Shown: in pieces, positions 43,578-54,391 of the stretch | Position numbering within the stretch: the first letter of the stretch is position 1 | How the letters are laid out: each line of letters opens with the position of its first letter | Source: an uncultured Verrucomicrobiae bacterium | GTDB taxonomy: Bacteria > Verrucomicrobiota > Verrucomicrobiia > Palsa-1439 | DNA length: 64,000 nt | Direction of reading: 5' to 3' | Assembly (NCBI GenBank): GCA_963812605.1 | Contig: CAWEWF010000010.1 | Coordinates: 96,001-160,000 of the forward strand | Made by a program: the position numbers and the translations under genes | Notes under the pieces: generated by a model | What the model was told of the DNA's origin: nothing | The model's database searches: none | What the model saw: only the letters and a program-made list of their open reading frames with translations

Positions 43578-44912
43578 GTGAAGAAACTATGGCTAGTAGT
43601 CGCACTGGTTTCCCTGGGGGGATTGACCAGTAAGACATTCGCCGATGTCCAGAATATCCGCCTAAGCGGCGATATCCGCATTCGCGGCTATTTCCTTGAT
43701 GCCGCGGACGACGCCAACAAGGGCAATGCTACATTCATCTCGCAACGGACACGGGTTTCGGTCGAAGCCGACCTCGAAGACCACGTGTTGGTGGTTGTCA
43801 CACTCCAGGCCGAAGGTGAATGGGGCGCCAATAATTCCACCAGTGGTTCAACAGGAGCGGGTACGGTTCCGGGGAACAAGCTCAGCCGCGGCTGGGATGT
43901 CGGTGTTTCTGAGGCCTACGTCCAGTTCAACGAACTGTTCTACACCCCGGCCACGCTGAAACTTGGCCGTCAGTACCTCCAATACGGTCGCGGGCTGATC
44001 ATCAGCAGCGTCGAGCAGGAATATAACTATGACGCCGCTCGCCTCGTGCTCGATTATTACCCGCTGACGATTGACCTCGTCGGTGCGCAGCTGGTGAACA
44101 ATCAAACCTTCGGTGCGACACCACAGAACAAGATAGGGGGCGTCGAGGGCGCCTCTGACCTGTTGTTCCTGAACGCGCGTTATGAAATGAGCGACTCCGC
44201 GCTGAAGGACGTCGAGGCGTATTTCGGCTGGGTTTCTCAAGGTCCCAGCGGCCCGGTCGTCTCAAGCCGCGTTCCGCCGACCGCCGGCGGTAGTTCGCCC
44301 CTGATCATTGGTCTGCGCGCTGACATCAACCCAATCGAAAGTCTTCAGACGTGGGTTGAAGGTGCGTATGAGTTTGGCGAAGGCGCCGCTGGCGGCAATG
44401 AACTCAGTGCGTTCCTCTTCAACTTGGGTGGCAAATACACGTTGAAGGATGTCCAGTGGGTGCCGGTATTGAACGGAGGCTACACCTTTGCGTCAGGTGG
44501 CGCGAAGAATGGTGATGGTACTTTCGTTCCCTGGTTTGACTACGTGGATGGGTACAACGGCTATCTGTTTGCCCCTTCGCTCTCAAACATCCAAATCTTC
44601 AACTTGGGCGCGTCGGTGAAGCCTTACGAGAACACCACGCTCGCGTTGCAGGTTTATTACTACCTGAAAGCGGATTTAAACGTCGCGTCTGGAAGCAACG
44701 CCAATGTTGATTTTGGCGGACTGGCGGCGCCTGCGGCCGCAACCAGCCAGGACATCGGCTGGGAAATTGACGGAATCCTTGGCTACGACTACAGCAAGGA
44801 CGTCCGGGCCCAACTCGTTTACGGTGCCTTCATACCGGAGGGCGCCTATCGCCACGAAGGCTTTACCGCTGTGGCCGAGGAAGTCCGCGCGGAAGTCAAC
44901 GTCAAGTTCTAA
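43578..44912 (+). CDS. Alginate-export-family outer-membrane beta-barrel protein
   Basis: GGAGG RBS; signal peptide; SGDIRIRG, EAYVQF...LKLGRQYLQYG, DIGWEIDG; ends in VNVKF (beta-signal). Confidence 0.85.
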   Translation: MKKLWLVVALVSLGGLTSKTFADVQNIRLSGDIRIRGYFLDAADDANKGNATFISQRTRVSVEADLEDHVLVVVTLQAEGEWGANNSTSGSTGAGTVPGNKLSRGWDVGVSEAYVQFNELFYTPATLKLGRQYLQYGRGLIISSVEQEYNYDAARLVLDYYPLTIDLVGAQLVNNQTFGATPQNKIGGVEGASDLLFLNARYEMSDSALKDVEAYFGWVSQGPSGPVVSSRVPPTAGGSSPLIIGLRADINPIESLQTWVEGAYEFGEGAAGGNELSAFLFNLGGKYTLKDVQWVPVLNGGYTFASGGAKNGDGTFVPWFDYVDGYNGYLFAPSLSNIQIFNLGASVKPYENTTLALQVYYYLKADLNVASGSNANVDFGGLAAPAAATSQDIGWEIDGILGYDYSKDVRAQLVYGAFIPEGAYRHEGFTAVAEEVRAEVNVKF

Positions 44913-44935
44913 CCGGAACGGTTAAACTCTAACCG

Positions 44936-44969
44936 AAGACCCCCCGATTCGTCGGGGGGTCTTTTTTTT
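44936..44969 (+). terminator. Rho-independent terminator
   Basis: aagaccccccga-ttcg-tcggggggtctt followed by a T run. Confidence 0.92.
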
Positions 44970-45006
44970 CTCGGCCTCGGCTTCGGGGTGTGTTTTCATA
45001 CCCGAC

Positions 45007-45546
45007 ATGGCGAACCCGGCATCGTCGGACGAGATCTTCGATGTGGTCGATGAATTGGACCGCGTGATCGGTTCGGCCCCGCGCTCCGAGGTACACCGCC
45101 GAAAGCTGCGGCATCGGGCCGTCCACGTTTTCCTCTTCAACACGCGTTCCGATCTCTTTGTGCAGAAGCGTTCGGCCGCCAAGGACACTTTTCCCGGCTG
45201 TTTTGACTCCAGCGCCTCGGGCCACCTGAATAGCGGGGAGGATTACGACATTTGTGCGCGACGTGAGACGCAAGAGGAACTCGGGTTGGTGGTGCCCGTT
45301 GGACGGCTCTCCCGGCACTTCAAGGTCGAAGCCTCTGAGCAAACCGGGTGGGAGTTTGTGTGGGCTTACAGCGTGGTCAGCGACCAGCCGCTGCGGATCA
45401 ATCTCGATGAACTTGAATCCGGCGAGTTCTGGACACCCGAACACACGCGATCGCTGCTGGAGACGCATCCGCAACGGTTTGCGCCCGGTTTTGTGTTGGT
45501 GTTCAACGAGTTCGACAGTCGCAGCCTCTTTCCCCTAAAGCCGTAG
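45007..45546 (+). CDS. NUDIX hydrolase (IDI type 1/YfcD-like)
   Basis: HRAVHVFLFN, QKRS..KD.FPG, SGHLNSGED...ARRETQEELG. Confidence 0.88.
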   Translation: MANPASSDEIFDVVDELDRVIGSAPRSEVHRRKLRHRAVHVFLFNTRSDLFVQKRSAAKDTFPGCFDSSASGHLNSGEDYDICARRETQEELGLVVPVGRLSRHFKVEASEQTGWEFVWAYSVVSDQPLRINLDELESGEFWTPEHTRSLLETHPQRFAPGFVLVFNEFDSRSLFPLKP

Positions 45547-45644
45547 CCACGCCGAAACCGTTGCAAAGGGCACTGCTTTTTCGTATACAGGTGCGGCCCC
45601 GTCCGGGTGGGCGCGGTGAGTTTCGACAATCGCAAAGGAGATCT

Positions 45645-45950
45645 ATGCCGACGGTTGAGTTTTTGAATGCTGGCAAGAAGGTGGATTGTGGGCAGTATGC
45701 CAACCTCCGCAAGACGGCGCTACTCCAGGGGATTCCCGTCTACAAGGGGATTGATGAAAAGCTTAACTGTCAGGGAAACGGTCTGTGCGGCACGTGCGTG
45801 ATGGAGATCGTCGAAGGCATTGAGAATCTTTCACCTTTGACGCGTCGCGAAAAACTGCGACTGAAGGATCCGACGGCGAATCGCCGCCTGAGCTGCCAGT
45901 GTCAGGTCATGGGCGATATTGTCTGTATCACCGCACCCGCTCTGGATTGA
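45645..45950 (+). CDS. 2Fe-2S ferredoxin
   Basis: NCQGNGLCGTC...RLSCQ. Confidence 0.9.
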   Translation: MPTVEFLNAGKKVDCGQYANLRKTALLQGIPVYKGIDEKLNCQGNGLCGTCVMEIVEGIENLSPLTRREKLRLKDPTANRRLSCQCQVMGDIVCITAPALD

Positions 45951-46066
45951 TCGCGCGAACATGACTTGCCTCCGACGCGCTTCCCACGGTACAATTGGCT
46001 CTCAGTCGGATGGGATCAGCGGTGGGGAAGTACGTCAGCGACGGGAATTGCCTTGAGGGGCGAGTT

Positions 46067-46702
46067 ATGGATTTGAAAGCGTCGGTCGAATTGCGGGAAA
46101 TCTCAAAGAATCTCCACGGTTGGGCAAGTTTTCATCCGCAATGGAAAGTGGATTTTAACAGTTTTGCGCTGAAGACGGCCGAAGGAGTTGTTTTCATCGA
46201 TCCGTTGAAGGTCGAACCTGCCGTACTCCAGAAAATCGAGGCCCTTGGCGAGCCGATCGGCATTTTTCTCACCAATGCCCATCATGACCGCGACTCGGAT
46301 TGGTTTCGCAAACAGTACGGGATCCAGGTCTACGCCCACGAAAAAGCCAGGGCCGACTGCGACACCAAGATCGATGTGCTGCTGATGGACGGCGAGCGGC
46401 TGCCGGGTGGCGTGAAGGCGGTGCATCTTCCCGGCTCTTCCGCGAGTGAGACCGCGTATTACGTCAAGTCGGGTGGCGGCATCGTTCTGGTGGGCGACAC
46501 TCTGCTCAATCAAGGAGACAAGGGACTGGCATTGCTGCCGGAAGCGTATATCGAGGACAAGAAACAGGCCCTGAAGTCGCTCCAGAGGCTGCTGGCCCTC
46601 GATTTCAAAATCATCACGTTCGCCCACGGCAACCCGATCGTGGAAAACGCGAAGAGCGAAATCACGAAATTCCTCAAGAAACCAAACAAGAAAAATTCAT
46701 GA
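46067..46702 (+). CDS. MBL-fold metallo-hydrolase
   Basis: LTNAHHDRD, LVGD, FAHG. Confidence 0.8.
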   Translation: MDLKASVELREISKNLHGWASFHPQWKVDFNSFALKTAEGVVFIDPLKVEPAVLQKIEALGEPIGIFLTNAHHDRDSDWFRKQYGIQVYAHEKARADCDTKIDVLLMDGERLPGGVKAVHLPGSSASETAYYVKSGGGIVLVGDTLLNQGDKGLALLPEAYIEDKKQALKSLQRLLALDFKIITFAHGNPIVENAKSEITKFLKKPNKKNS

Positions 46703-46821
46703 GCCAACAATACAATAAAGTCGAGAAACGTCGCCGTCGCACCGCCTATCTGAGGCGTTTGAAAGTGAAACAAAAGAAAGCCAATCCCAAAGCCGCCAAG
46801 CCGGCTCCTGCTTCCGCCTAA
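46699..46821 (+). CDS. Small basic protein, 40 aa (absent from the ORF track)
   Basis: MSQQYNKVEKRRRRTAYLRRLKVKQKKANPKAAKPAPASA*; ATGA overlap with the upstream stop. Confidence 0.65.
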   Translation: MSQQYNKVEKRRRRTAYLRRLKVKQKKANPKAAKPAPASA

Positions 46822-46826
46822 TTCCG

Positions 46827-47861
46827 TCAGTTTCCCCCTTCTTCCGCCCAGGCGGCGGGAACGAGGCCGTAGTTTCGGGCGTGGAGTTCGGCCAGGCTGG
46901 TCAATTCCGCCGGGGTCAGGCTGGCCATATCCGATGCCGCCGCAAATTCGCGGAGCTGCTGCTCGTTATAGATATTGGGCAGCACCGAACCAATACTGGG
47001 CTCTGTGAGGATGAACTGGATCGCCGCCTGGCCCAGGGTGCGGCCGGTGGCCTGCGTGAGAAACGAGATCTGCTCGACTTTCTTCAATCCGTCCATCAAC
47101 CAGGCCTTCTTTTTTTCGTTGTCGGCCACGCGGAAGCTGCGATGGTCGTCCTTGCCGAAGGTCGTCTTCTCGGAATAATTCCCTTCCAGTAACCCCGACG
47201 AATGCGGCACGCGTGTAAAAACGTTCCGGTCGCACTCGCGGGCTGCGGGGAAGATGGATTCACCCAGCATCTGCTCGAACAAATTGTAAATGATCTGCAC
47301 ATGCGCGCCGCGCTCACGCAAGGCCGCGATGCCTTCCGCTATCTGGCGCTGATCGATCGCCGGGCCCAACGCCACGCCAAACGCAAGGATCTTGCCGTCT
47401 TCGCGCAGTTCCCGCAAGGTGTCGAATACGTCGTCGTTGCGGATCGTTTCGATGCGCGGGTTGTGAAGCTGGTAGAAATCGATGCGGTCGGTCTTCAGTC
47501 GTTGCAGGCTTTGGTCGCAGGCCTGGCGAATGAAATCCGACGACCAGTTGTGAGGACGTTCCCGTTGCCCGGGCTGCACGCCGGGATGATTATAAAAATC
47601 GTAGCCAAATTTCGTGGCGATGACGATCTCGTCGCGCCGCCCGTCAAAAGCCCGGGCCAGCAATACTTCTCCCTTGCCGTCACCATAGACATCCGCGGTG
47701 TCGAAGAAATTGATGCCACAGTCGAATGCCAGCCGCAGCAGACGGACGCCCGTGTCGTAATCTTCATCGGCTACGCCCCACATTTTCGTGCCGACCGTCC
47801 AAACGCCAAAGCCGACCTCGGAAACCTTGCGAGAAGTGCCTTTCAACATGCGGTATTTCAT
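46827..47861 (-). CDS. Aldo/keto reductase
   Basis: [44 protein letters not shown]. Confidence 0.93.
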   Translation of the reverse strand: MKYRMLKGTSRKVSEVGFGVWTVGTKMWGVADEDYDTGVRLLRLAFDCGINFFDTADVYGDGKGEVLLARAFDGRRDEIVIATKFGYDFYNHPGVQPGQRERPHNWSSDFIRQACDQSLQRLKTDRIDFYQLHNPRIETIRNDDVFDTLRELREDGKILAFGVALGPAIDQRQIAEGIAALRERGAHVQIIYNLFEQMLGESIFPAARECDRNVFTRVPHSSGLLEGNYSEKTTFGKDDHRSFRVADNEKKKAWLMDGLKKVEQISFLTQATGRTLGQAAIQFILTEPSIGSVLPNIYNEQQLREFAAASDMASLTPAELTSLAELHARNYGLVPAAWAEEGGN

Positions 47862-47979
47862 GGTGAATCCTGTGACTTATCCGCCCCATCTTATCGGGGA
47901 GTGCGTCTTCCGGCGAGCCGAAAAGGCGGGATTTTCCGGGTGGACACACCGGGATAGATGCGCTAAGTAATAGTCGGCC

Positions 47980-48567
47980 ATGCAAGTGACTTCCAATATC
48001 GCGTTCAAGGAGTGGGCCGTCGCGGTGGATGCACTGGGACGGGGAGAGCAGGTCATCATTCTCCGCAAGGGAGGCATTCGCGAGCCAAGCGGTGAGTTCC
48101 AGGTCGATCACCATGAATTTTGGCTGTTCCCGACGCAGTACCACGAAGCCGAGCGTTCCGTCATCCCGTCAAAGCGTCCGCTGTTGCGCGAAATGGCTGT
48201 TGCCGCGCCCCGGGACTTCGTCGATATCGAGTATTACGCGGTGGCCGACCCGGCCTTGAAGATCAGGGACATCGAACGCTTGAAACGTTTGCAGGGGCGG
48301 CATATCTGGAGCGAGCCGGTTCTCCAGGAACGCTTCCAGTTCGGGCGCGAAGCGGGGTTGCACGTGTTGTTGACTCGCGTCTACCGGCGGCCCGCGCCGG
48401 AGCGATTCGCATTGCGCGAGTCCTATGGAGGCTGTAAGAGTTGGGTCGAACTCGAACGCGGGTTGTCCACTGAAGGCTTGACGCCAGTGCTCGGGGATGT
48501 TGAATATAGTGTTCAGCGGGAAGAGATTGTGGAACGGTTATCGGATCATGCCCTTGCTCATTCATAA
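47980..48567 (+). CDS. DUF1802 family protein
   Basis: AFKEWAVAVDALGRGEQVIILRKGGIRE, FWLFPTQYHE, YGGCKSWV. Confidence 0.88.
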   Translation: MQVTSNIAFKEWAVAVDALGRGEQVIILRKGGIREPSGEFQVDHHEFWLFPTQYHEAERSVIPSKRPLLREMAVAAPRDFVDIEYYAVADPALKIRDIERLKRLQGRHIWSEPVLQERFQFGREAGLHVLLTRVYRRPAPERFALRESYGGCKSWVELERGLSTEGLTPVLGDVEYSVQREEIVERLSDHALAHS

Positions 48568-48994
48568 ACGGCCCGACGGCACCGAGAAAAGTCTCGAGTT
48601 TGCCAGCAAACCCCTCATCGTCGGTCGTCTCCCGGAATCGGAGATCTCCGTCCGCGACGCGTTCATCTCCCGCGTGCATTGCGGCGTCAGTTACGTCAAC
48701 GGTCAATTCACCCTCAAGGATCTGGGTTCGACCAACGGCACCTACCGCAACGGCGCGCGGGTGTTCGAGTGCACGCTCGCCACGGGCGACAAAATTCAGG
48801 TCGGGAACACGACCATCGTCTTTGAGGTGGACACGAAGAGTGGCAACGCGATCTTGCGCCAAATCCCCCAGATGGTCGCCCCTCCGTCAACGCTCGGGGG
48901 TTCCACGCCGCCGCGTCCCGACCTCCGGCAGGTCACGGTGCCGGTCAAGGAACCGATGGTCAAACCCTCACCGTCAGCTCTCCGTCCCAAGTAA
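48548..48994 (+). CDS. FHA domain protein
   Basis: IVGR, ISRVHC, DLGSTNGT; Pro-rich tail. Confidence 0.9.
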   Translation: MPLLIHKRPDGTEKSLEFASKPLIVGRLPESEISVRDAFISRVHCGVSYVNGQFTLKDLGSTNGTYRNGARVFECTLATGDKIQVGNTTIVFEVDTKSGNAILRQIPQMVAPPSTLGGSTPPRPDLRQVTVPVKEPMVKPSPSALRPK

Positions 48995-49011
48995 TCCAAA
49001 CGGAGCGCCTT

Positions 49012-49467
49012 ATGAACGTGGCGCACAAATCCATCCTCTCAGTTCTCCTGGCGGCCTGTTTTGTCCTTGCGTCCGCGACCCGCGGCGAATCGCAGGAGGC
49101 AACAAACCAGGTCAAATCATCCGCGGAGACCGCCCGTGACGAGGCCCGGCAGCGGCGCGCCAAGATGCCCATCGCCAAGGGCGCCATCAAGGAGATCGAT
49201 TTGCTCCGCCACCAGGTCAAACTCACGACGGAGGATGGCCTGCGGACCTTCACCTACTCGAGCCGGACGTACATTTTCCGCGATAAGGAGAAGATCACCG
49301 CCGACAAGCTGAAAGTCGGCGAAATTGTTGCTTTGCGATTTAACACGGACAAGGATGGCAACGTGCTCGTGCAGCGCATCAAGGCCCGCACGCCGTCAGA
49401 ACTCATGGAACCGCCTTCCTCTGGTCCCGCTGATGCGACGAACGCTGCCGCGGCCAAGCAGCCGTAA
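49012..49467 (+). CDS. Secreted small OB-fold-like (DUF5666-like) protein
   Basis: Signal peptide; GAIKEID...LKVGEIVALRF. Confidence 0.65.
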   Translation: MNVAHKSILSVLLAACFVLASATRGESQEATNQVKSSAETARDEARQRRAKMPIAKGAIKEIDLLRHQVKLTTEDGLRTFTYSSRTYIFRDKEKITADKLKVGEIVALRFNTDKDGNVLVQRIKARTPSELMEPPSSGPADATNAAAAKQP

Positions 49468-49536
49468 AAGAGGCCTGTAGATTCCCGCTGTGTTGCAATT
49501 CCCGACCCGGGCGGTAGAATCTCCACCGGTGACTGG

Positions 49537-50325
49537 GTGAACCGGAGAAGCTCAACCACAATCGCTCTCACTGTCGCTGGATCGGACAGCGGTGGCGGCG
49601 CCGGCATTCAGGCTGACCTCAAAACTTTCCAGGCGCATGGCGTCTTCGGCACGAGCGCGATCACCTGTATTACCGCGCAGAATCCGGATCGTGTCAGCGC
49701 CACGCAGGCTCTCGCGCCGCGGCTCGTTGCGGAACAGATGGACCGTATCTTTGAAGCGTTCCCCGTCGGCGCGGCGAAGACCGGGATGTTGTACGACGCG
49801 GCGATCATTACGGCCGTCGCGCGCGGTTTTGTCCGCCGCAAGTTCCGCCGAGTTGTTGTCGATCCGGTGATGGTGGCCAGCAGTGGCGCGCGGCTGCTCA
49901 AGAGCGACGCGATCACGACGTTGGCAAACAGCCTTTTCCCGCACGCGATGGTCGTGACTCCCAATCTCGCCGAGGCCGAGGTGCTGTTGTGCAGTCCCAT
50001 CCGTACGCTCGGCGAACTGCGCGCGGCGGCGCGATTTTTGGCGGAAAAATTCGGCGTACCGTTCCTCGTGAAAGGAGGGCACCTGCGCGACGGAAGATCA
50101 GCCGTCGATGTGCTCTTCGACGGCAAACAGCTTCACGAATACCGCGCGACGCGGGTGCCAAATATCAAAACCCACGGCACCGGCTGCGTCTTTTCCGCCG
50201 CCATTGCGGCCAATCTGGCCCTCGGTCACGGTTTGGCGGAGTCCATCGCCCGCGCAAAACGATTCGTGACCAGTGCCATTCGCGGCGCGCGAAAAGTAGG
50301 GCCACACTCCGTGCTGCGGATATGA
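49537..50325 (+). CDS. thiD: Hydroxymethylpyrimidine/phosphomethylpyrimidine kinase
   Basis: LTVAGSDSGGGAGIQADLKTF, KTGML, DPVMVA, TPNLAEA, KGGH, THGTGC. Confidence 0.95.
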   Translation: MNRRSSTTIALTVAGSDSGGGAGIQADLKTFQAHGVFGTSAITCITAQNPDRVSATQALAPRLVAEQMDRIFEAFPVGAAKTGMLYDAAIITAVARGFVRRKFRRVVVDPVMVASSGARLLKSDAITTLANSLFPHAMVVTPNLAEAEVLLCSPIRTLGELRAAARFLAEKFGVPFLVKGGHLRDGRSAVDVLFDGKQLHEYRATRVPNIKTHGTGCVFSAAIAANLALGHGLAESIARAKRFVTSAIRGARKVGPHSVLRI

Positions 50326-52740
50326 AGCGTCCGCTCACGGGACTGGCAGTCGCGTACGCTGCAGGAATCTGGATTGGATCGCGGGTGGGTTGGCCGGCGA
50401 TGACAGCGTGCGTCGTAGCGGCGGGACTGCTCGCCGTTTTTTTATTTCTCCAGCGAACGCGCTGGGGTCTGGCGGCGCTGGTGGCGGCGGTTCTCGTGGC
50501 GGGAATCACCCGTTACCGGGAGGCCGCGACGATCTCTTCTCCCAACGACATCACGCGTTTGCTCGAACCGCGCGATCAGAATGTCCAGATGCAAGGCGTC
50601 ATTGTCAGTGATCCCGGGGATCACGCCGGGCCCTCGAATGAAGATGAACCGGAACGGCAGCGTTTCGAATTCGAACTGACCGGCGTGGAACACTACGGCC
50701 AATGGCAGCCGGCCGTCGGTCGCATTCTTATCTTCGTCAGCGAAACGCGGGATGCCGAGCCGCTGCGCTACGGTGATCAGCTCACGTTTTCGGCGCTTTT
50801 GCGCGTGCCGCCGCCCGCGCGGAATCCCGGCGCGTTCGACTGGCGGACCTGGCTGGAGCAGCGCGGGATTCATTTCACGGTGACAATTCGCAAAACCGAT
50901 GCGGTTCATGTCGAAGCCCACGACCAGGGCAATCCCGTGATCGCGGTATCGCTGCGGTTGAGCGAATATCTGGAGCACACGTTGCAGTTCGGGCTCGAAA
51001 ACGAACCGAAGCTCGCGGGCGCCCTGGCCGGGATGGTGCTCGGGAAACGATCGGAAATACCGACGGAAACCTACGCGGACTTCCAGCGGACCGGTGTGTT
51101 TCATGTCTTCGCAATTAACGGGCTGCACGTCGGGCTCGTGACGGCGGTGGTGCTGATCGTGTTGCGCCTGTTCAGAATTCCGCGCCGCTGGTGTGCGATA
51201 GTGGCCGTGCCGCTGCTGATTCTTTACGTGTTCGCGACCGGCGCTCATCCGGGCGCCGTGCGGGCGCTGGTGATGGCCTGCGTCATGTTGACCGGCTGGA
51301 TGCTGGTGCGACCTGGCGGATTTCCTGAACAGTCTGGCTGCGGCAGCGTTGATCATCCTTGTTTGTGCCCCCGCGCAACTCCTGGACGGCGGATTCATCC
51401 TGTCGTTTTCCGTGGTATTGGCGTTTGTGACATTGTCGCCACGTATCGAGGCGTTGCTACTGGTGCGGGTTCGGCCGGATCCATTCTTGCCCCGGCAATT
51501 TATCCCGGAGTGGCGGAGGAAGCTGACAGGTGGGTTGAACCGCATTATCCAATTGCTGAGTTACTCCATCGCGGCGTGGCTGGGGCTGCTGCCCCTGATG
51601 GCGACCTATTTTCACTTATTCACGCCAATCAGCATCGTAGCCAATCTGCTGGTCATCCCTTTGCTGGGCAGCATCCTTGCGCTGGGATTGTTGGCCGCGC
51701 TGGCACACGTCGCTTCGGTGTGGTTGACGGTGACGTTGAACAACGCGAACGGTTTTCTCCTCAGTATCCTGATTCATAGCGTCGACTGGCTTGGCCATTT
51801 GTCCTTCGGCCACCGTTTTGTGCAAGCCCCGCCCCTCTGGCTGGTCTGGGCCTATTACGGGCTCGGCATCTTCCTACTGAACATTCCCCCGTCACGGCGA
51901 AGACTGGCCGTCGCTTTGTCGGTAGCGACGATGGCAGCGGCGTTGTTCTTGAGCGGCGGTGGCGCCAACCAGGTGGAACTCACCGTCTTGTCATTGAACG
52001 ACGGTTCGTCCATCTTCATCGATGCGCCCGGCGAGCGCAACGACATGCTGGTCGACGGCGGTGGCGGTTGGAGCGGGGCGCACATCGTGATCCCGTTTCT
52101 CCGGGCGCAAGGAGTGAATCACCTCGCCGCGATCGTCCTCACTCGCGGTGACAAGGCCCATGCGGCCGGATTGGACGATGTCGTCGATGCGGTTCCCATC
52201 CACGAGGCGCTCTACAGCGGAATCGGCTCGCGCTCGAAATATTTTCCCCAATGGGTCGAAGAGATAAAGATGCACAAGATTCCTTTGCGCGCGGTCAAGG
52301 CGGGAGACGATCTGGGCGCCACGTCGAAGTTGCATATTCGCGTGTTGAATCCGCCGCCCGGTGTGACGGCCAGCCGCAGTGAAGATAATGCGCTGGTGCT
52401 CGCGATTGAGTTCGGTCCGACGCGTGTGCTGTTAATGTCCGATGTGGGCGAGACCGTGGAGAAGCGGCTCCTGAAAAACTTCAGCGATCTGCATGCCCAG
52501 GTTATCGTGAAAGGCCAGCACGGCACGGAATCGTCGTGCACCGCCGAATTTCTCGATGCCGTCCGCCCTGAAGCCGTCGTGCAAGTGGTCAACTTGAACG
52601 ACAGCCACCATTATCCCGAACCGGGTCTGCGCGGCCGGCTGGCGCAACGCAACATCACCCTCTTTCGTAGCGACGAAAGTGGCGCGGTCACCATTGGGCT
52701 GACCTCCGACAAGTACGAGATTCACACATTTCTCAAGTAA
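50322..52740 (+). CDS. comEC: ComEC/Rec2 competence protein (frameshift near 51320)
   Basis: RNPGAFD, HVFAINGLHVG, GFILSF, SIVANLL; C-terminal MBL-like domain (with non-canonical TRGDKAH). Confidence 0.9.
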
Positions 52741-52838
52741 GTTTACCCGCCGCCGGAGCATTCTGACTTGTCTGGCTAACCGGGCCTCGCCATACTGCGC
52801 GGGGATGGACGGCTGGAATACGAGATAAAGACAGCAAG

Positions 52839-53735
52839 ATGATTATTATTACCGGAGCGACAGGATTTGTTGGGGAGGAAGTTGTCAAACAGGCGCGGGC
52901 CGCGGGTCATCCGGTTCGCGCCATCGTGCGCAATCCGCAACGCGCGTCGTGGCTGGCGGAGCGTTACGGGGCCGAGCTTTTTCACGGCAACGTCTTGTAC
53001 GCGCCGTCGATTGAAGGCGCGATGCAGGACGCGAAGTGTGTGATTCATCTGGTGGGCATTATCCGCGAATGGAAGGAAAACACGTTCGAACGAGTGCACG
53101 TCGAGGCGACGAAGCACGTGATTGATGAGGCGAAGAAAGCCGGCGTGAAACGGTTCCTGCACATGAGCGCGCTCGGCACGCGGGAGAATGCGCGGAGCCG
53201 TTACCAGCAGACGAAGTGGGCGGGGGAAGACTGCGTGCGCAGGAGCGGCCTGGCCTGGACAATCTTCCGTCCGTCGTTCATTTATGGCCCGCAAGACAAG
53301 GCGATCAACACCCTGGCGAAGCTCGTGCAACGCCTGCCGTTCGTGCCGGTCCTCGGCGGCGGCAATACGAGGATCCAGCCGATTTCGGTGGCGAATGTGG
53401 CCCGCGCATTTGTCGGGGCGATTCGCAATGACGAGAGCATCAGCCAGACCTACGATCTTTGCGGACCGGAGCCTTTTACCTGGAACGAACTGTACGACAA
53501 ATTGCAGACAATCCTCGGTACGCGAAAACCGAAGTGGCATTTGCCGCTGCCCATTGCGCGGGTGCAAGCGGCGCTTTTCGAGAAGATTCTGCCGAATCCG
53601 CCCTTTACGCGCGACCAACTTCTCATGTTGCAAGAGGACAACATTGGCGATCCAAAACCAGCGGAGCGGGACTTCGTGTTGGAGCAGGAGAGCTTCGAGG
53701 AAGGCGTGGCCCGCTATCTCAAGCGCAATGCCTAA
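52839..53735 (+). CDS. NDUFA9-like NAD(P)-dependent epimerase/SDR
   Basis: TGATGFVG, HLVGIIRE, HMSALG, YQQTK, FRPSFIYG. Confidence 0.9.
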   Translation: MIIITGATGFVGEEVVKQARAAGHPVRAIVRNPQRASWLAERYGAELFHGNVLYAPSIEGAMQDAKCVIHLVGIIREWKENTFERVHVEATKHVIDEAKKAGVKRFLHMSALGTRENARSRYQQTKWAGEDCVRRSGLAWTIFRPSFIYGPQDKAINTLAKLVQRLPFVPVLGGGNTRIQPISVANVARAFVGAIRNDESISQTYDLCGPEPFTWNELYDKLQTILGTRKPKWHLPLPIARVQAALFEKILPNPPFTRDQLLMLQEDNIGDPKPAERDFVLEQESFEEGVARYLKRNA

Positions 53736-53736
53736 G

Positions 53737-53769
53737 AAAAAAACAGGGAATCCAAAACGGATTCCCTGT
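53737..53769 (-). terminator. Rho-independent terminator between convergent genes
   Basis: A run, then acagggaatcc-aaaac-ggattccctgt. Confidence 0.8.
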
Positions 53770-53816
53770 CGCAATTTCGAGATTTAAGGAAGTGTAGCCA
53801 GTCCTTGCTTCTCTAC

Positions 53817-54194
53817 TTATTCCGTCTTCTTGGGGGCATCGGGCGGTCCGATCCTGTGGGCCGTCGCGACACCGTCTTCCTCGGTGTATCCGACCTTGAC
53901 CTTGTCACCCACCTTGATGTCAGCAGCTGTTGCGTCCTTCTTGTCGGCGGTGGCGTACCTGGTCTTCTCAACGATTTTGAACGTCTTGCTTTCTGTGCCC
54001 TTCTTGACGACAAGGCTGCCTGCCTTCGCGTCGATGGATTCGACCAGCCCCGTGAACGCTTGTCTCTTGGGCTTGGCCGGCGCCTGGGCGGGTGCCGGTG
54101 CGTTGGTGTCTTCAGCCCGTACCGGCGCCGTGAACGCAACCGCGACTGCCACAATACCCAATGCCATAGCTGCCCGTAGCAGATGTTTACTCAT
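53817..54194 (-). CDS. Secreted small OB-fold-like (DUF5666-like) protein
   Basis: AGGAGG RBS; signal peptide; FTGLVESID...DIKVGDKVKVGY. Confidence 0.75.
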   Translation of the reverse strand: MSKHLLRAAMALGIVAVAVAFTAPVRAEDTNAPAPAQAPAKPKRQAFTGLVESIDAKAGSLVVKKGTESKTFKIVEKTRYATADKKDATAADIKVGDKVKVGYTEEDGVATAHRIGPPDAPKKTE

Positions 54195-54391
54195 GTCTTT
54201 CCTCCTGTTGTTGTGAGGGTTCTATCATTAATATCCCCGGAAGCCTCAGTCGGTGTTTAGAGTAAAATCCCCCGCCCGTCAAGGCTTTTTGCTTGATTCG
54301 CTGGGCCTTCGGGTACAATCTAAATCAGTCTCGCGCCGCGCGAGTCAGGCGGAGTCTTAAAGGTAAACCAGTTTTCGGGAGATTCTCCAAA

